From Naegleria gruberi (lineage: Eukaryota): a DNA stretch of 64,000 bases. Made by a program: the position numbers and the translations under genes. Positions 9,707 to 21,800 of the stretch are shown piece by piece. The DNA lies in NCBI GenBank assembly GCA_000004985.1, contig GG738850.1; one strand, given 5' to 3'. Numbering within the stretch: the first letter of the stretch is position 1; the number at the start of each line of letters is the position of its first letter. Below the pieces are notes generated by a model. The model saw only the letters and a program-made list of their open reading frames with translations, was not told where the DNA came from and made no database searches.

Positions 9707-12694
9707 TTAAAAACGAATGGCATCCTTTGTCAAACTGTTTACAATGTGAAGAATGAGCTTGATGGTCTTGATATCACTTGGCTTACCACGTTCAAGAATG
9801 ATTGGATGTTTAGCAGCCAAATGTTCTCTAATACCTTCCAAGATTGGAGCTGAAAATTGGGAAATGGCTGGATCAATTGGGTTGATATGAATAATAACTC
9901 TTTCCAACCAAGACAATTTAACATCAGTTTGTTCAGTAATATCATAAGCCAATTGTTGAACAAGGGTAAGAAGGATTGGTTGAGAAATTGGAATATCAAC
10001 TTCAAACAAACGTGGATCAATAACACTACACAACCAAACTAATAAACGTAAATCAGCCTTTTCCAAAACAAGTGAGAAAACTTCCTCAAATCTTTGGTTT
10101 TCAACCAAGTTCAAAAGTTGCTCCTTGGAAATGTCTCCATTATTATTGCTTGTATTTGTTGCTGTTTGTTGAACAGCTGGCATGTTTTGAGCAACATTCT
10201 TCAATTCTTGTCTGATAGCTTCAACAGTTGAATCATTGACTTCCTTACAGTATTGCTTCAATGGTGATTTAACCAATTCATCCATTCCTCTTTCAAAGGT
10301 CTTACTAATTTGTTCAAACATTCTTCTGCATGATGTTTCAAATGAAGGAAGAACTGTAGACTTGAGAACTGTTTGGAAACTATCTTGGATAACCTTCTTA
10401 ATAGATCCTGAATCAGAAGTATCAGTCAATGATTGGGTAAGAGCGTCATTGACAACATCAGACATGTTATCGGTGAGTGAGTCAAGAACAGATTGAGAAA
10501 TTTCATCTGGTAAATCATTAGTAATGGCAGAAGAAATAGTTTCAATCAACTCCTTTTGTCTAGTTCTTTCTTCAGAGAGTCTTGTCAATCTTTCCTTTTC
10601 AATACGCTTGTAAAGTTGTTCATATTGTCTTTCAGTTTGGGTTTGAATCATTGTTTCCATTTGAGTAAGAATGCTTCTTTCCATTCTCTTCAATTCAGAA
10701 ATGAGTTCAAAATTAGAACCACTAGAAGCAGGTTGAGTAGGAGTGGCTTGAGGAACAGATGGATTAACTGGTGGAATAATATTTGGAGATTGACGAATAG
10801 CTACACCAGTATTAGTATTAGCAACAACAATTTCCTTTGAAGAGCTTGGTTGGTGGACTAAATCTGGCATTGGAATTGCAGTTTTAACTTGTTGGCTTAG
10901 AGCACAAATTTGGAAGTTTCTAATATTCAACAAGTGAATACCACTGGTTTGTAAACAGAATAAACCAAAGTTAATACCAATAGTCATAGCAACAAGACTA
11001 ACAATTGGATATCTACAATCAAATTCAGTGATGAAATCAAAATGTGGATGATCTTCTTGTTCAGTCAAAGGTGTCTTGTTTAAGCGAAGAGTGAACAATA
11101 CTGGATATTGCAAATTTGAAACAAACAAAGCAGATGCTGTAGAATCAAGTTCAACATTATTGATAGAAACCTTTTCATCAAACTTTTCAGAGGTTTCTGG
11201 TCTAATTGATACTTGTTGAACAAGTTCAATGTCCAACTTTGGTGATAAATACCACAAACAAATATCAAAATTGTTTTGTGAAGATGTAATAAAGTATCTT
11301 TCAATATTAGTCTCAGTGCCTGAGCAAAATTGGATATTAATCAATTCGTTATTGTAAATATTGGCTGATTTTACAAGTGTCATGTTTGTTCTTCTATCCC
11401 AAATGTAAATATTACCAAATGATGAAATGCAGGCAAGATACTTTCCATCACTAGAGAAAGATAAATCGGTAATTGATTCATTTTCAGCAAACTCATTAGA
11501 CAATACACGAATACCACGCATAGTGTGAATATTATCATTATCTAATTCAATCAAGTTGTTATACATTGCTAATTGATCAACATCAAGCAAAATTAATTGG
11601 TTATCACTAGTAATAGCACATAACTCCTTATCTGATTGTGGAGCCCACAAAATTCTTCTAAAGAATCTATGTGATTGATCAGAAGAAAATGTTAAATGGA
11701 CCAATTTAGCATATCCTACTTGATCTTCCTTAGGGTTTCGTAAATCGTTTGGATGGATTTTTTCATCAGTTTCAATAATTTTCCACACAATCAAAGATCT
11801 ATCTCTAGAAACAGATGCCAATTTCAAATTTACAGAACATTGTAAATCGGATACATATTGTTTGTGTCCCTTCAAAAATACTTTCTTTCCAACCTTTCTA
11901 CTAACAACACGAATAGCTCCTCCTTTCAAACTCCAAACCATATAGTCATCCAAAATTCCTATACATTTACCATTTGTGAAAATTTGGTCGCTTACATAAG
12001 GTGTAATACCTTTAATACTGGCCAATTGTTTTCTTTCTTTCTTAGCATCAAGTGAGGATGTCACGTAGGTATAAGCCTTCTTATCAATTGGACCTGTAAT
12101 GAATGGATCAATCATAGATTGTGGATTTGTTACATATTTTTGTATGGAGGAAGAAGATGGAGAGGTAGAACCATTATTAATTACATTGCTGCTTGATAAA
12201 CTTGTTGGGGAATGGGAAGGTGAATTATTATTAACATCAACTTCAGATGGAGAAGTTGGGGAAAGTTGTGAAGTATTAGCTTGATTTAATATATACTCGG
12301 TTCTAGCCTTGTGAGAACTAATTGGTTTAGATTCTGGGACTGGGGTATCTTGTCTTGTAATTGTATTTCCGCTAACAGTTGTATTAGTGGTAGGTGGAAT
12401 TGATTCTTCTGATGGTGGTGTTGATTGTCCATTGTTATTTTGTAACTTTTTAATTTCTTCAAGAATTTGTGATTCATCAAACATTCCTCCTTCTCCCATC
12501 ATAACCATTGAAGGATCCATCATCATGTGTGGATATGGTTGCATAGGTTGCATTGGTTGCATTGGTTGCATAGGATGAGGTGGATAGGCGAACATTGGAG
12601 TTTGATGAGGAAGTTGTTGTTGTGGCTGCGATGTTGTATTTTGTTCATTAGCCATTTGAAGGCTTTTTAAAAGATCTGTTGGTAATTGATTCAT
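9707..12694 (-). CDS. WD40 beta-propeller protein with a Met/Pro/Gln-rich N-terminus, Ser-rich linker and helical C-terminal domain. The architecture resembles EDC4/Ge-1 (enhancer of mRNA decapping 4).
   Basis: 995-aa single ORF. It has a PMQPMQPMQPMQ repeat, a WD-repeat region (LIVWKI, GHKQYVSDLQ and similar), a coiled-coil segment (ELKRMERSILTQMETMIQTQTERQYEQLYKRIEKERL) and then an alpha-helical tail. It lies convergent with the upstream gene, whose stop is 50 bp away. Confidence 0.45.
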   Translation of the reverse strand: MNQLPTDLLKSLQMANEQNTTSQPQQQLPHQTPMFAYPPHPMQPMQPMQPMQPYPHMMMDPSMVMMGEGGMFDESQILEEIKKLQNNNGQSTPPSEESIPPTTNTTVSGNTITRQDTPVPESKPISSHKARTEYILNQANTSQLSPTSPSEVDVNNNSPSHSPTSLSSSNVINNGSTSPSSSSIQKYVTNPQSMIDPFITGPIDKKAYTYVTSSLDAKKERKQLASIKGITPYVSDQIFTNGKCIGILDDYMVWSLKGGAIRVVSRKVGKKVFLKGHKQYVSDLQCSVNLKLASVSRDRSLIVWKIIETDEKIHPNDLRNPKEDQVGYAKLVHLTFSSDQSHRFFRRILWAPQSDKELCAITSDNQLILLDVDQLAMYNNLIELDNDNIHTMRGIRVLSNEFAENESITDLSFSSDGKYLACISSFGNIYIWDRRTNMTLVKSANIYNNELINIQFCSGTETNIERYFITSSQNNFDICLWYLSPKLDIELVQQVSIRPETSEKFDEKVSINNVELDSTASALFVSNLQYPVLFTLRLNKTPLTEQEDHPHFDFITEFDCRYPIVSLVAMTIGINFGLFCLQTSGIHLLNIRNFQICALSQQVKTAIPMPDLVHQPSSSKEIVVANTNTGVAIRQSPNIIPPVNPSVPQATPTQPASSGSNFELISELKRMERSILTQMETMIQTQTERQYEQLYKRIEKERLTRLSEERTRQKELIETISSAITNDLPDEISQSVLDSLTDNMSDVVNDALTQSLTDTSDSGSIKKVIQDSFQTVLKSTVLPSFETSCRRMFEQISKTFERGMDELVKSPLKQYCKEVNDSTVEAIRQELKNVAQNMPAVQQTATNTSNNNGDISKEQLLNLVENQRFEEVFSLVLEKADLRLLVWLCSVIDPRLFEVDIPISQPILLTLVQQLAYDITEQTDVKLSWLERVIIHINPIDPAISQFSAPILEGIREHLAAKHPIILERGKPSDIKTIKLILHIVNSLTKDAIRF

Positions 12695-12948
12695 CTCAGA
12701 TTAAGTAAAATTATTATTAGATTATTTAGGATGATGATCAATAATTTAAAAGATAGTGATGTATTATTTGGCTATTAATCACTTATAAAATTGTTGGTGA
12801 TGAATTTGCACGACGCTCTTTTAAAATTTTTTTTTGATGATTAAAAATTATTTTATTAATCTAAAAATAGATCTTTAAGCCACACAGATTCGAAATCCAA
12901 CACTGAAAAGGTGCAAATTGTAATCTTTACAATGAAAGGATGTGAAAA

Positions 12949-14745
12949 TTACTTCTTCTCAAAGGAAATCAGTAATGGTTCTCTTGGTCTCAAAGTTACA
13001 TGATTATCGAGATGTAATTTGTAATTTGGTGATATTGAAAATTTGTAATGTTTAACTAAAAGTGCTAAACAGAAACAACTTTCAATCTCTGCAAAATATC
13101 TTCCCTGACAAATACGATTTCCAATTCCAAAACCAGAGAATGCAAATGGATTTTGATGAATTTCAATATGTGGATTGAAAATTGAGAGTGGAATTGTTTG
13201 AGATTTGAATTCTTCAATTGTAATACTTTGAGCAATAGTTGAATCTTTCCTTTTAAGGAATCTTTCTGGAATGAATTCATTAGGTTGAGGCCAATATCTT
13301 TCATCTTTGTGAATATCTAACCATGAAGCAGCTATTTGAGTTCCTTTTGGAATTGTAATATCTTTCCATTTAAATGTTTTTGTTACTTGTCGAGCAGCAA
13401 ATGCCACAACTGGATATAATCTTAAACTTTCTTTAACAACTGCTCTCAAATAATCCATTCTTCCCTCTTGATAATCTTCAAAATCAAATGTTTCCTTTCC
13501 ATATAAAGTTGGATAATCATGATCAATGAATTTATGAATTCGATCTTGAGCATCCTTATCAGTAGCTAATGAATATAATATAAATCCTAATGTTCTTGCA
13601 GTTGCTATTTAATAATTAATGTTTTTAAAGATGAATATTCATTGTAAACTTACTTTCATGTCCAGCAACAAGGAAAATGAAACAATTTGAAATAATTTCC
13701 TCATCAGTCATACTTTCATCTTTACTCCAATTTTCTCTTGCATTTAATAAGAGAGATAGAATATCAGAGTGAGGAGTTTCTTCTTCTTGATTTTTAGTTT
13801 TACGTTCATTAATAATATCATTAATGGATTTAGTGAATTGATTGGAAATTAATTGAGCTGGTTTATGTGGAAATATTCCAACATGTTGTCTAATCCATTT
13901 AGGAAATATATTGTAAACTGGAAGAATTCCAAATAATTTCTGAGTTTGAACAGTTAAACTATCTTTTTGATTAATATTAAAAGAATTGAAATCATAATTA
14001 AATCCAGCCAATCCAATAACCTCTACAAATATTTTACAATAATACATTACAATATTATATCATTCAATATTATATATCAATATTAAACATCAATATATTC
14101 CAATTAATACTAACCTAAAGTAAGATTTGAAAAATCCACTTCAATATTTCTCATTAAAAGATTCTTTTCAATATTTGGTATTAAAAATCTATTCATACAA
14201 TCAATTGTAACTTTTGCAACAATTTTCAATGATTGAGGAGCAAAAGCAGGATCCAATAATTTTCTCTGACGATGCCAAAATTCATAATCATTTTCAACAA
14301 ATATATTTGATCCACCAAATAGTTCAATAACACTTTCTTTCAAATCAGGTAATTTGTTTGTAATCTTTCTAGTTGCCATTTCTTTTAGAAATAATGAATC
14401 ACCAATTACAATCATTCCAGTACTAACAATTCCCAATACAACTTTATACATTTTATCATTTCCACTCTCTTTCATAAATCTTTCAAATATTAGAGGTGAT
14501 AAATTCTCTCCAAATCTTGTTCCCCACTCTGATGGTATTAAAAACTTTGGTAGAAATTGACATAGAATAGGTGGTATGAATTGACATCGTCCAATTTTAA
14601 TAAATTCATACTCTTTACATATTATTAAATATTTACAATATAAATAAAGCAGAAATAGTATTATTAATATTAAAAAACATGTCAATGATAAATAAATAAT
14701 ATCTAACAAGGCGGAGGAGGTGGATGATAGTAATGTACTCATCAA
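12949..14745 (-). CDS. Cytochrome P450 monooxygenase, 3 exons: 14745..14115, 14022..13654, 13604..12949 (about 551 aa)
   Basis: Exon 1 has an N-terminal membrane anchor. The I-helix AGHETT is split by a 49-nt intron (GTAAGT...AAATAG). The K-helix is ESLRLYP and the heme loop is FSGFGIGNRICQG. Intron 1 is 92 nt (GTTAGT...TTGTAG). Exon lengths preserve the reading frame across junctions. Confidence 0.85.
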
Positions 14746-14923
14746 TATGTGATTGATTTAACGTTATTTTTTTCAGGATGAGATTTTAAAGACCTCTTTA
14801 AGATCATTTTAATATTTAAATGGTTGAATATCATATGTTCTTGATGTAAACACGTGTTTTGAAATGATGTAATGGTTTTATCTATTTAGGAATAATTGGA
14901 AGAAATGTTTTTATTGTAATTCA

Positions 14924-16296
14924 TTAAACAAGTTGGAATGAAATGTTTGAAGTTGCATATTTCTTTTCAGTATTCTTCTTCTTATTCGTTTGTTTCTTCT
15001 TATTAGTATTCTTATTATTATTGGCATTATTTGATTTTTTAGAATTTTCACTACTCTTTGCATTGTTATTTGCATTGGAATTATTTGATGACTGTTCATT
15101 ATTTTGAGTAATAGTACTTTCTTTTGGTGTTTGTTTCTTTGTTTTCATCTGGTCAACTAGACTTGAAATATTTCTTTGAGTTGAATTTTTATGTGCCATC
15201 TTTCTTAAACGAGCTTGATTCTTTTCTTTGGCATATGAAACTTGTTGATCCATTGAGGTTTTATCACCATACATCATACCCATAAATGTTGATCTCATAT
15301 TTAAAAATTCTTCTCTTTCCTTATCAGTTGCATTTGGATCCAATTTTGCTAATTCTTTAAGAGAGGTAAAACTTTTACCTTTCAACACATCTGATTGTTT
15401 AGATTCTTTTGAATCATTTGCTCCATTATTTTCTCCATTATTATTAGTAGTAGTAGTAGAATTATTTGATGGAATTGTTGAAATAACTTGAAATGCTTCA
15501 TCATTTGAAAGTTTACATTGAGATTTAATCCAAGATTCAAAATCATCTGATGACATAATTTCATATAATTTGTAAATAGATGCATAACCAACATAGGCAT
15601 CAAATGCTGCATATCTAACAAAATCATCATTTTGTTTTGCATTCTTAGTCATTGTTTCCATTTTAAGTAATTCCAAAGCAAGTGATTTAAGTGAAACTAA
15701 AGAAGAACCAAATAAATGGTATTGACTTGAAACAATTGCTAAATCTACTAAATTTGGTATTACTTGTTCTTTTAAATCTGTTTTTTGTGTGAATAAATGT
15801 TTAATATCGTTACAAACACCAACTCCAAGTTTAACAGTTTTTGATTGTAAAAATTCAATTAATTCATTTGGAATTTCTTTTAAATTTTCAATTTGAAAAA
15901 CAAAACAAATTCCTGTAATGAAATTTGAATATTCGAAATTTTCCAATCTTTTCTATATTCCGCATCAAATCCAATTGGAATTAAATTTGAAAGTTTAAAT
16001 TCTTTAGAAATTTCCATATTATAAATTGATTCTACAAGTGATGGAACTTTTTTCATTAATTCTCTTGCATTACTATATATAATAAAGAAGGGTGTTTTAT
16101 CAGTTGGTTCAAAACTTTTAAATATTTTAAATTTGTTTACAATTTCATTACAAATAAATGTTGATATTTCTTTAGAAACGAAAGAATTATCAATATTTAA
16201 TTGAATTTTCTTTGATGATTTTTCATTTCCTTCTCTTTTTCTCTTTTTATCGGAATTATCGGAGGCTTGTGTTGATGAAGGCTTTGAATTTTGCAT
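14924..16296 (-). CDS. 3'-5' exonuclease-domain protein (DnaQ/WRN-exo-like) with a Lys/Asn-rich tail. The reading frame is interrupted inside the exonuclease domain near 15930-15950.
   Basis: Motif I (IGFDAEY) is in the ORF starting at 16296 (ATG). Motifs II (KLGVGVCNDIKHL) and III (YAAFDAYVGYASIY) are in the +2 frame ORF. The junction region AGAAAAGATTGGAAAATTTCG has no GT donor and two A4 runs. Confidence 0.55.
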
Positions 16297-16513
16297 TTTT
16301 TTTCAATTTATTCAATAAATTAATTGATACCAAGCCTACTAACTAGGCTGACATGATGATAATAATGCAAGTAATAAATTTATTGGAAGGCTTTTTGCAT
16401 GACGAATCAGAGAGAATTGAACAGAGTGCAGAGAGATGCCACGTGTACTCTCAAAAAAGCCTTTTTTTAAAAACTCCAGAAAAAAAACAAATCCACGACT
16501 ATTCAATATAATA

Positions 16514-17196
16514 TGGCTGGATCTAAACAAAAGAAGCGTGTTACTACCAATGCCACTATAATGAGAAATCATTATATTGCAGTTGGTGTTGTTAATGTAT
16601 GTTGTTGAAATATGTTCATTCCGAATCAAATAACTCTTTTATATTAAATTACATCATGATGATGGTGATATAAATGATATAATCAATCAATGGATTAATA
16701 GTTAATTTATTTAATTTATGTATTATATAATTTTGCAAACATTTCGACATTTGAATGGATTGCCTTTATTTCTCTTCTTCTAGGATATGGATTTTGTCTC
16801 AACTCTCTATATAAATATTCCAAGCCAGTTGAATATACTACAAGTGAAGGAAAAGTAGTAATGGATGTTAATGATTTAAGTGATGTTGCAGGATCACTAA
16901 CTGAATATACATTTGATATTATTTATGTTGAATGTTTTGTTCAATTAACTTCAATTATTTCTAATTGGTTCTATTTATTATTATTAATCATTCCTGGATT
17001 TGCTATTTTCAAATTATATAATTCAATTATTAAACCTTATTTATCAATGAATAAGGCTCAACAAGAATATGCCAATTCTCAACAACAACCTGAAATGTCA
17101 GATAAGAAAAAGAAGAAAATGGAAAGACTTGAAAAGAAAAATCAACAAAATATGCAAAGAATGAGAATTAGACCAAATTCAAATGATGATGAATAA
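16514..17196 (+). CDS. TMEM208/SND2-like small ER membrane protein, at least 2 exons: about 16514..16598 and about 16787..17196
   Basis: Exon 1 is MAGSKQKKRVTTNATIMRNHYIAVGVVN followed by a GTATGT donor. An AT-rich intron follows. The acceptor is CTTCTAG at about 16786. Exon 2 encodes two TM helices and a basic tail, KKKKKMERLEKKNQQNMQRMR, that parallels the TMEM208 C-terminus. The exact donor phase is unresolved. Confidence 0.4.
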
Positions 17197-17359
17197 ATTA
17201 TTAATGTTTTGAAATAATTATTAAATATGGTAATTTTAGATATTTAAATATTCAAGAAAAAAATGACACAAGGTAAATTATTAAATAATTGTGATTGAGT
17301 ATTTTTAATGATTCTCAGAATTTTCAATTACAAAGTGTAATTTATGTAATCATGTAGTA

Positions 17360-18810
17360 TTGACTGATAGTATTATTGATCACTTGAAATTACTTCATCC
17401 GAATATTCAAATTCATTCAAACCCAATTTCAAATAACAACAACAAACAACCAACCTTATCAAATAATAACAATAACAACACTAACAATTTAAAATCAAAG
17501 CCTTCTTCATCGTCATTACATCACAACAACACCACCACCACTACTAGTACTTGTATAAAACAATCAAACAATAATATTTCTAACATACCGATCAAGAGGA
17601 AAGTGAGGAATCAAGAGGAAGAACATTCTAATGATGATGGAAAATCAAAGATTGGTACATCTTCTAATACTAGTAGTAGTAGTAAGACTCCTATAAACAA
17701 TAATACATCCAATAGTAATAGTAATACTCTAAATTCATCGACCACATCCGAAAAATCAATATCACCAAACACCTTCTCCATTAAAATTACCAACAATGAA
17801 ACTAAATTAATGAGTAAGATTCCTAAAATCACATCTAACAGTACAACTACAGTTCTCAATAATAATAGTACTAATAATGGTAGTGTTGGAAGTAGTAATC
17901 AACTCAAAAGAACTATTTCACAAGTCTCCTCACCAACCACTACTACTACTACAAGTACTCCAAAGAGATTTGTTAAACTTATTGAACCACCATCTCATAT
18001 TCAGAATGAAAGACTTTCAAATAGTCATCATCATCATCATGAAAAGAATGTATTATCACCTAAACCAAATAGCAACAATACACCCTCGCCTTCAAATCTA
18101 GATGTTAGACCAAAGAGTGCAGTTTCAATTCAACATATTGTTAATACTAATATAAATAATATAAGGCCAAGTGATGGTGCTCCCCTCATTCCTAACAATA
18201 ATATTCATAATAATATTAATAATAACATTAACAGTAGTAGTAGCAATAAATAGTAGTAATAATAAGTAGCAACAATCATAATATTTCAAATTCTACTTCT
18301 AATAGTAGTACAACAACAACAACAACCACATCAATTCTTCCAAGCACTGCTGGTAATAACAATTATGCAAAATCAGCCTTAGTTAATTTGAAGGCTACTG
18401 CTATTCATCCTAAACCAATTCTTCCAAGATCAACTACTACCACATCTCCTCCACCTACTAGTGCTGTTAATACATTGCCTCATCCTTATTCCCCACCTTC
18501 AAGTCCTACTACTTTTATCATCATCATCACCCTAATGGTGGAACAATTTATTCAACTTCTCCCTATCATCCACCACCACCACATCCAATTTATCATCATC
18601 ATCACCATCCACCACCAATAGTACCACTCTATTCACAACCTCATCCAATGCCTCAATCACCACATCACCACCATCCTCCTGGTGTTTATTATGCACCTGT
18701 TTATACTACACCATCTCCTACCTATCCTATTATGACTTCTCCCTATCATCATCCACCACCACCACCTACAACAACCAATCATCATTCTCACCACCATCAA
18801 CAACAGTAGA
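17360..18810 (+). CDS. Low-complexity S/T/N/P/H-rich coding region (hypothetical protein), possibly one gene spanning two ORF-track frames
   Basis: ORFs 17360..18253 and 18388..18621 plus a downstream HHPPPPP-rich frame share composition and codon bias. There is no recognisable domain. The gene model is uncertain. Confidence 0.3.
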
Positions 18811-18852
18811 TTCTTTTCATTACTTGTCAATTGTCGTTTTTCTACAGAGTTT

Positions 18853-21800
18853 ACTACAAAAAATGTCTCAACCAAGTCCTGTAAGTGATTGTATAATTTG
18901 AATCAATTGTTGTATTAATGATGATCGGATTCAATAAAGAGAAATCAAGATACAATTTCTAGTTCAATCATTTTGACAATTATTGGAGAAGGAGAATTTA
19001 AAGTAATAATTGATGATCGTTCTTTTTTAAATGAATTTAATCAATCACAACCACAACCACAACAACAACAACAACAATTATCATCATCAATAAATGAAGA
19101 TGAAAAGAAAAAGAAGAGAAAATCATTTTCTCAATCATTTTCAGAATCATTTACTCAAGTTTTACATCAAACTACTTCTGGAATTACAAAAGGATTATCA
19201 ACTTTTACTTTTAAAACGAGACATGTTCAATTGAGAACAAATGAATTATTAATTTATGCTGTTAAAGGTTTGTTTTAATATTTGTTTTTAATAATAATTA
19301 AATATTTTATTACAATGAATTACAATAAAAAAATAGATAATTCCAAAAATAGAAAATTAAAAGCTAACATTTCACTTATCAAGGCAATAGTTAGTAAAGA
19401 TACACTTTACAAAAATTGTATTCGTATTGAAACTCAAGATAAAATTGTTCATATTCAAATAGATTCAGAAGATACAAGACAAAAATGGTTAAAATCAATT
19501 ACAGAACAAACACAAATTCTATCGAAAAGAAAAGAAGAAAATATAATTGCATCACTCTCTTCAAATTCTTTAATTTCATTAGACAATGAATATACTATTA
19601 ATAATATTAATAGTGGTGGTAGTAGTGAACAATTATTTAATAACAAATCATTGAGAGGTTCAATTGTTGATAGAGAACATGAGGAAACAAGTGAAATGAT
19701 TCAAAATTTTATTAATGAACTAAATAATTTGGATCCTAAAAAGTATTTTAATCCTGCATCAAATTTAAGTTCAAATCCTTCATCTTCTAAAAGACGTCAC
19801 AACAAGTTGAAAAGTTTAACTGAAATTTCAGGATTAAATAATGATTCACTTCATGGTATTAAATTTACTAAAAATGATGATTCTAATAATAATAATAGTG
19901 GTAATAATACTAATAATAAGAATAATGGTGAAAATAATGAACAAGATAATGGTATTTTAAAAGATAATGATCAAGATTTAAATAATCATGTTAAAGATCA
20001 ATTATCAATTTTAACAAGTGAATTTTCACATTTGAATAATTTTACATTTATAGGTGGATTAGCCCATTTAACTTTAATTGGTAATAGAATTATGGAAAAG
20101 GCATCTATTCAAGTTAATACTCAATCAATTTTAAACATGTCAGGTGGTTCACAAATATTAAAACAAGGTTACTTATTAAAAGCAGGTCCAAATTCACATC
20201 AACCATGGAAGAAACGTTATTGTGTTTTAACTGAATCATGTGAATTTAGATATATGAGTAAAATTGGTCAATCACCAAAAGGTTTATTTTCATTACAAGG
20301 TACTTGGGCATCACGTATTAATAGTAATGATATTGATGATAATGATGATATTGATATTAACAATGATATTAAGAATAATACTAATAATAATACTATTACA
20401 AATAATTCAAATAATAATAATAATAATACAAGTATAGATTCAGATACAAATCATAATGATGAAAATTTCAATGAACAATTTTTAAATATTCATTCAAATT
20501 CATATCAATTTCAAATTGAAACAAGTGAAAGAATTTATAAATTTCAAGCACCTTCTTATCAATCTTTAAAAAGTTGGTTAAATTCACTTGAACAAGTTGG
20601 TTGTAAAGTTAAAATTGATGAAAATGATGGAATTGTAAAAACAGGTTATTTAATGAAAGAGAGAACAACTAATCATTGGAATAAGAGATTTATAACACTG
20701 ACGGAATCTAATGAATTAAAATATTATGGAAAAAACAAATCAAATCGTTCCTTAAAAGGTACTATTCAACTTGAAGATTCTTATATTACTAAAATTATTG
20801 AAAAATATGAACAACAAAATATTGTAACAAGTACAATTGAATCTTTAACTGATACTATTATGTTAACTAATCATCATACTTTCAATAATAATTCTAATAA
20901 TACTAATAATAATAATAATAATAGTAATAATGGTAATAATAATAATTATATTATGAAATATAAATTTAAAATTCATACACCTGAGAGAAATCACATATTT
21001 GAAGCTGAAAATGAAATGGAACTTGATCATTGGATTCAAATAATTTCCAAATATGGTTCAATTCAAAGAAATGAAAATGATCCAAAACCAATTTTTAAAA
21101 ATCGTCTCGCCAAATACTATCTCAAAACAACAGAACAAGTTATTTTGGAAAGACAAGAAAAGCTACAGGAATACATTGTTAGTGAAGATAGTTTGAGAAG
21201 TAAATTGGAGAGAAATAAGAATAATGCTTCATTTAGATTAAATAATTCAAGTTTTCTTAGTAGTAATAATACTAGTTCAATTAGTATTCATTCAAATAAT
21301 GTTTCAACCAATGCCATGAATAATGGAGGTGGTGATAATAATCAACATCATCAATTATTAACAGTTCAAACAGCAACTGGAAATTATAGAAAACAACGTA
21401 ATAGTAGAGCTTATTCTAAATCTGAAACAAGTTTATTGAATCATCATTATAATCAAACAAAGAGTTTATTGAATTTGAAACCAGGTGAAACACCTCCACC
21501 ACCAACAAGTCCAACATTTTCTCTATTATCATCAATTTCACATAATGATGAACATAATCATTCTAATCATTTAATATCACCTTCATCACCTTCATTGAAT
21601 GTTTCATTGATTGCACATGTTCCAGAGGATGAATTTATTTCAGATGATGAAATTGATGAAAATCTTGATATTCAAGTATTGAAAATTGAACCAATTGAAA
21701 AATACATTCCAAATACTAATAATAATACTAATAATACCACTATCACTACCACTACTACTACTAATAATAATAATAGCAGTGAACAACAAGTGGTTGTTAA

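Noticed and set aside
16339-16629. 96-aa ORF on the minus strand
   Set aside because: It lies antisense to the first exon and intron of the TMEM208-like gene. It has no start context and an AT-rich intron-like composition.
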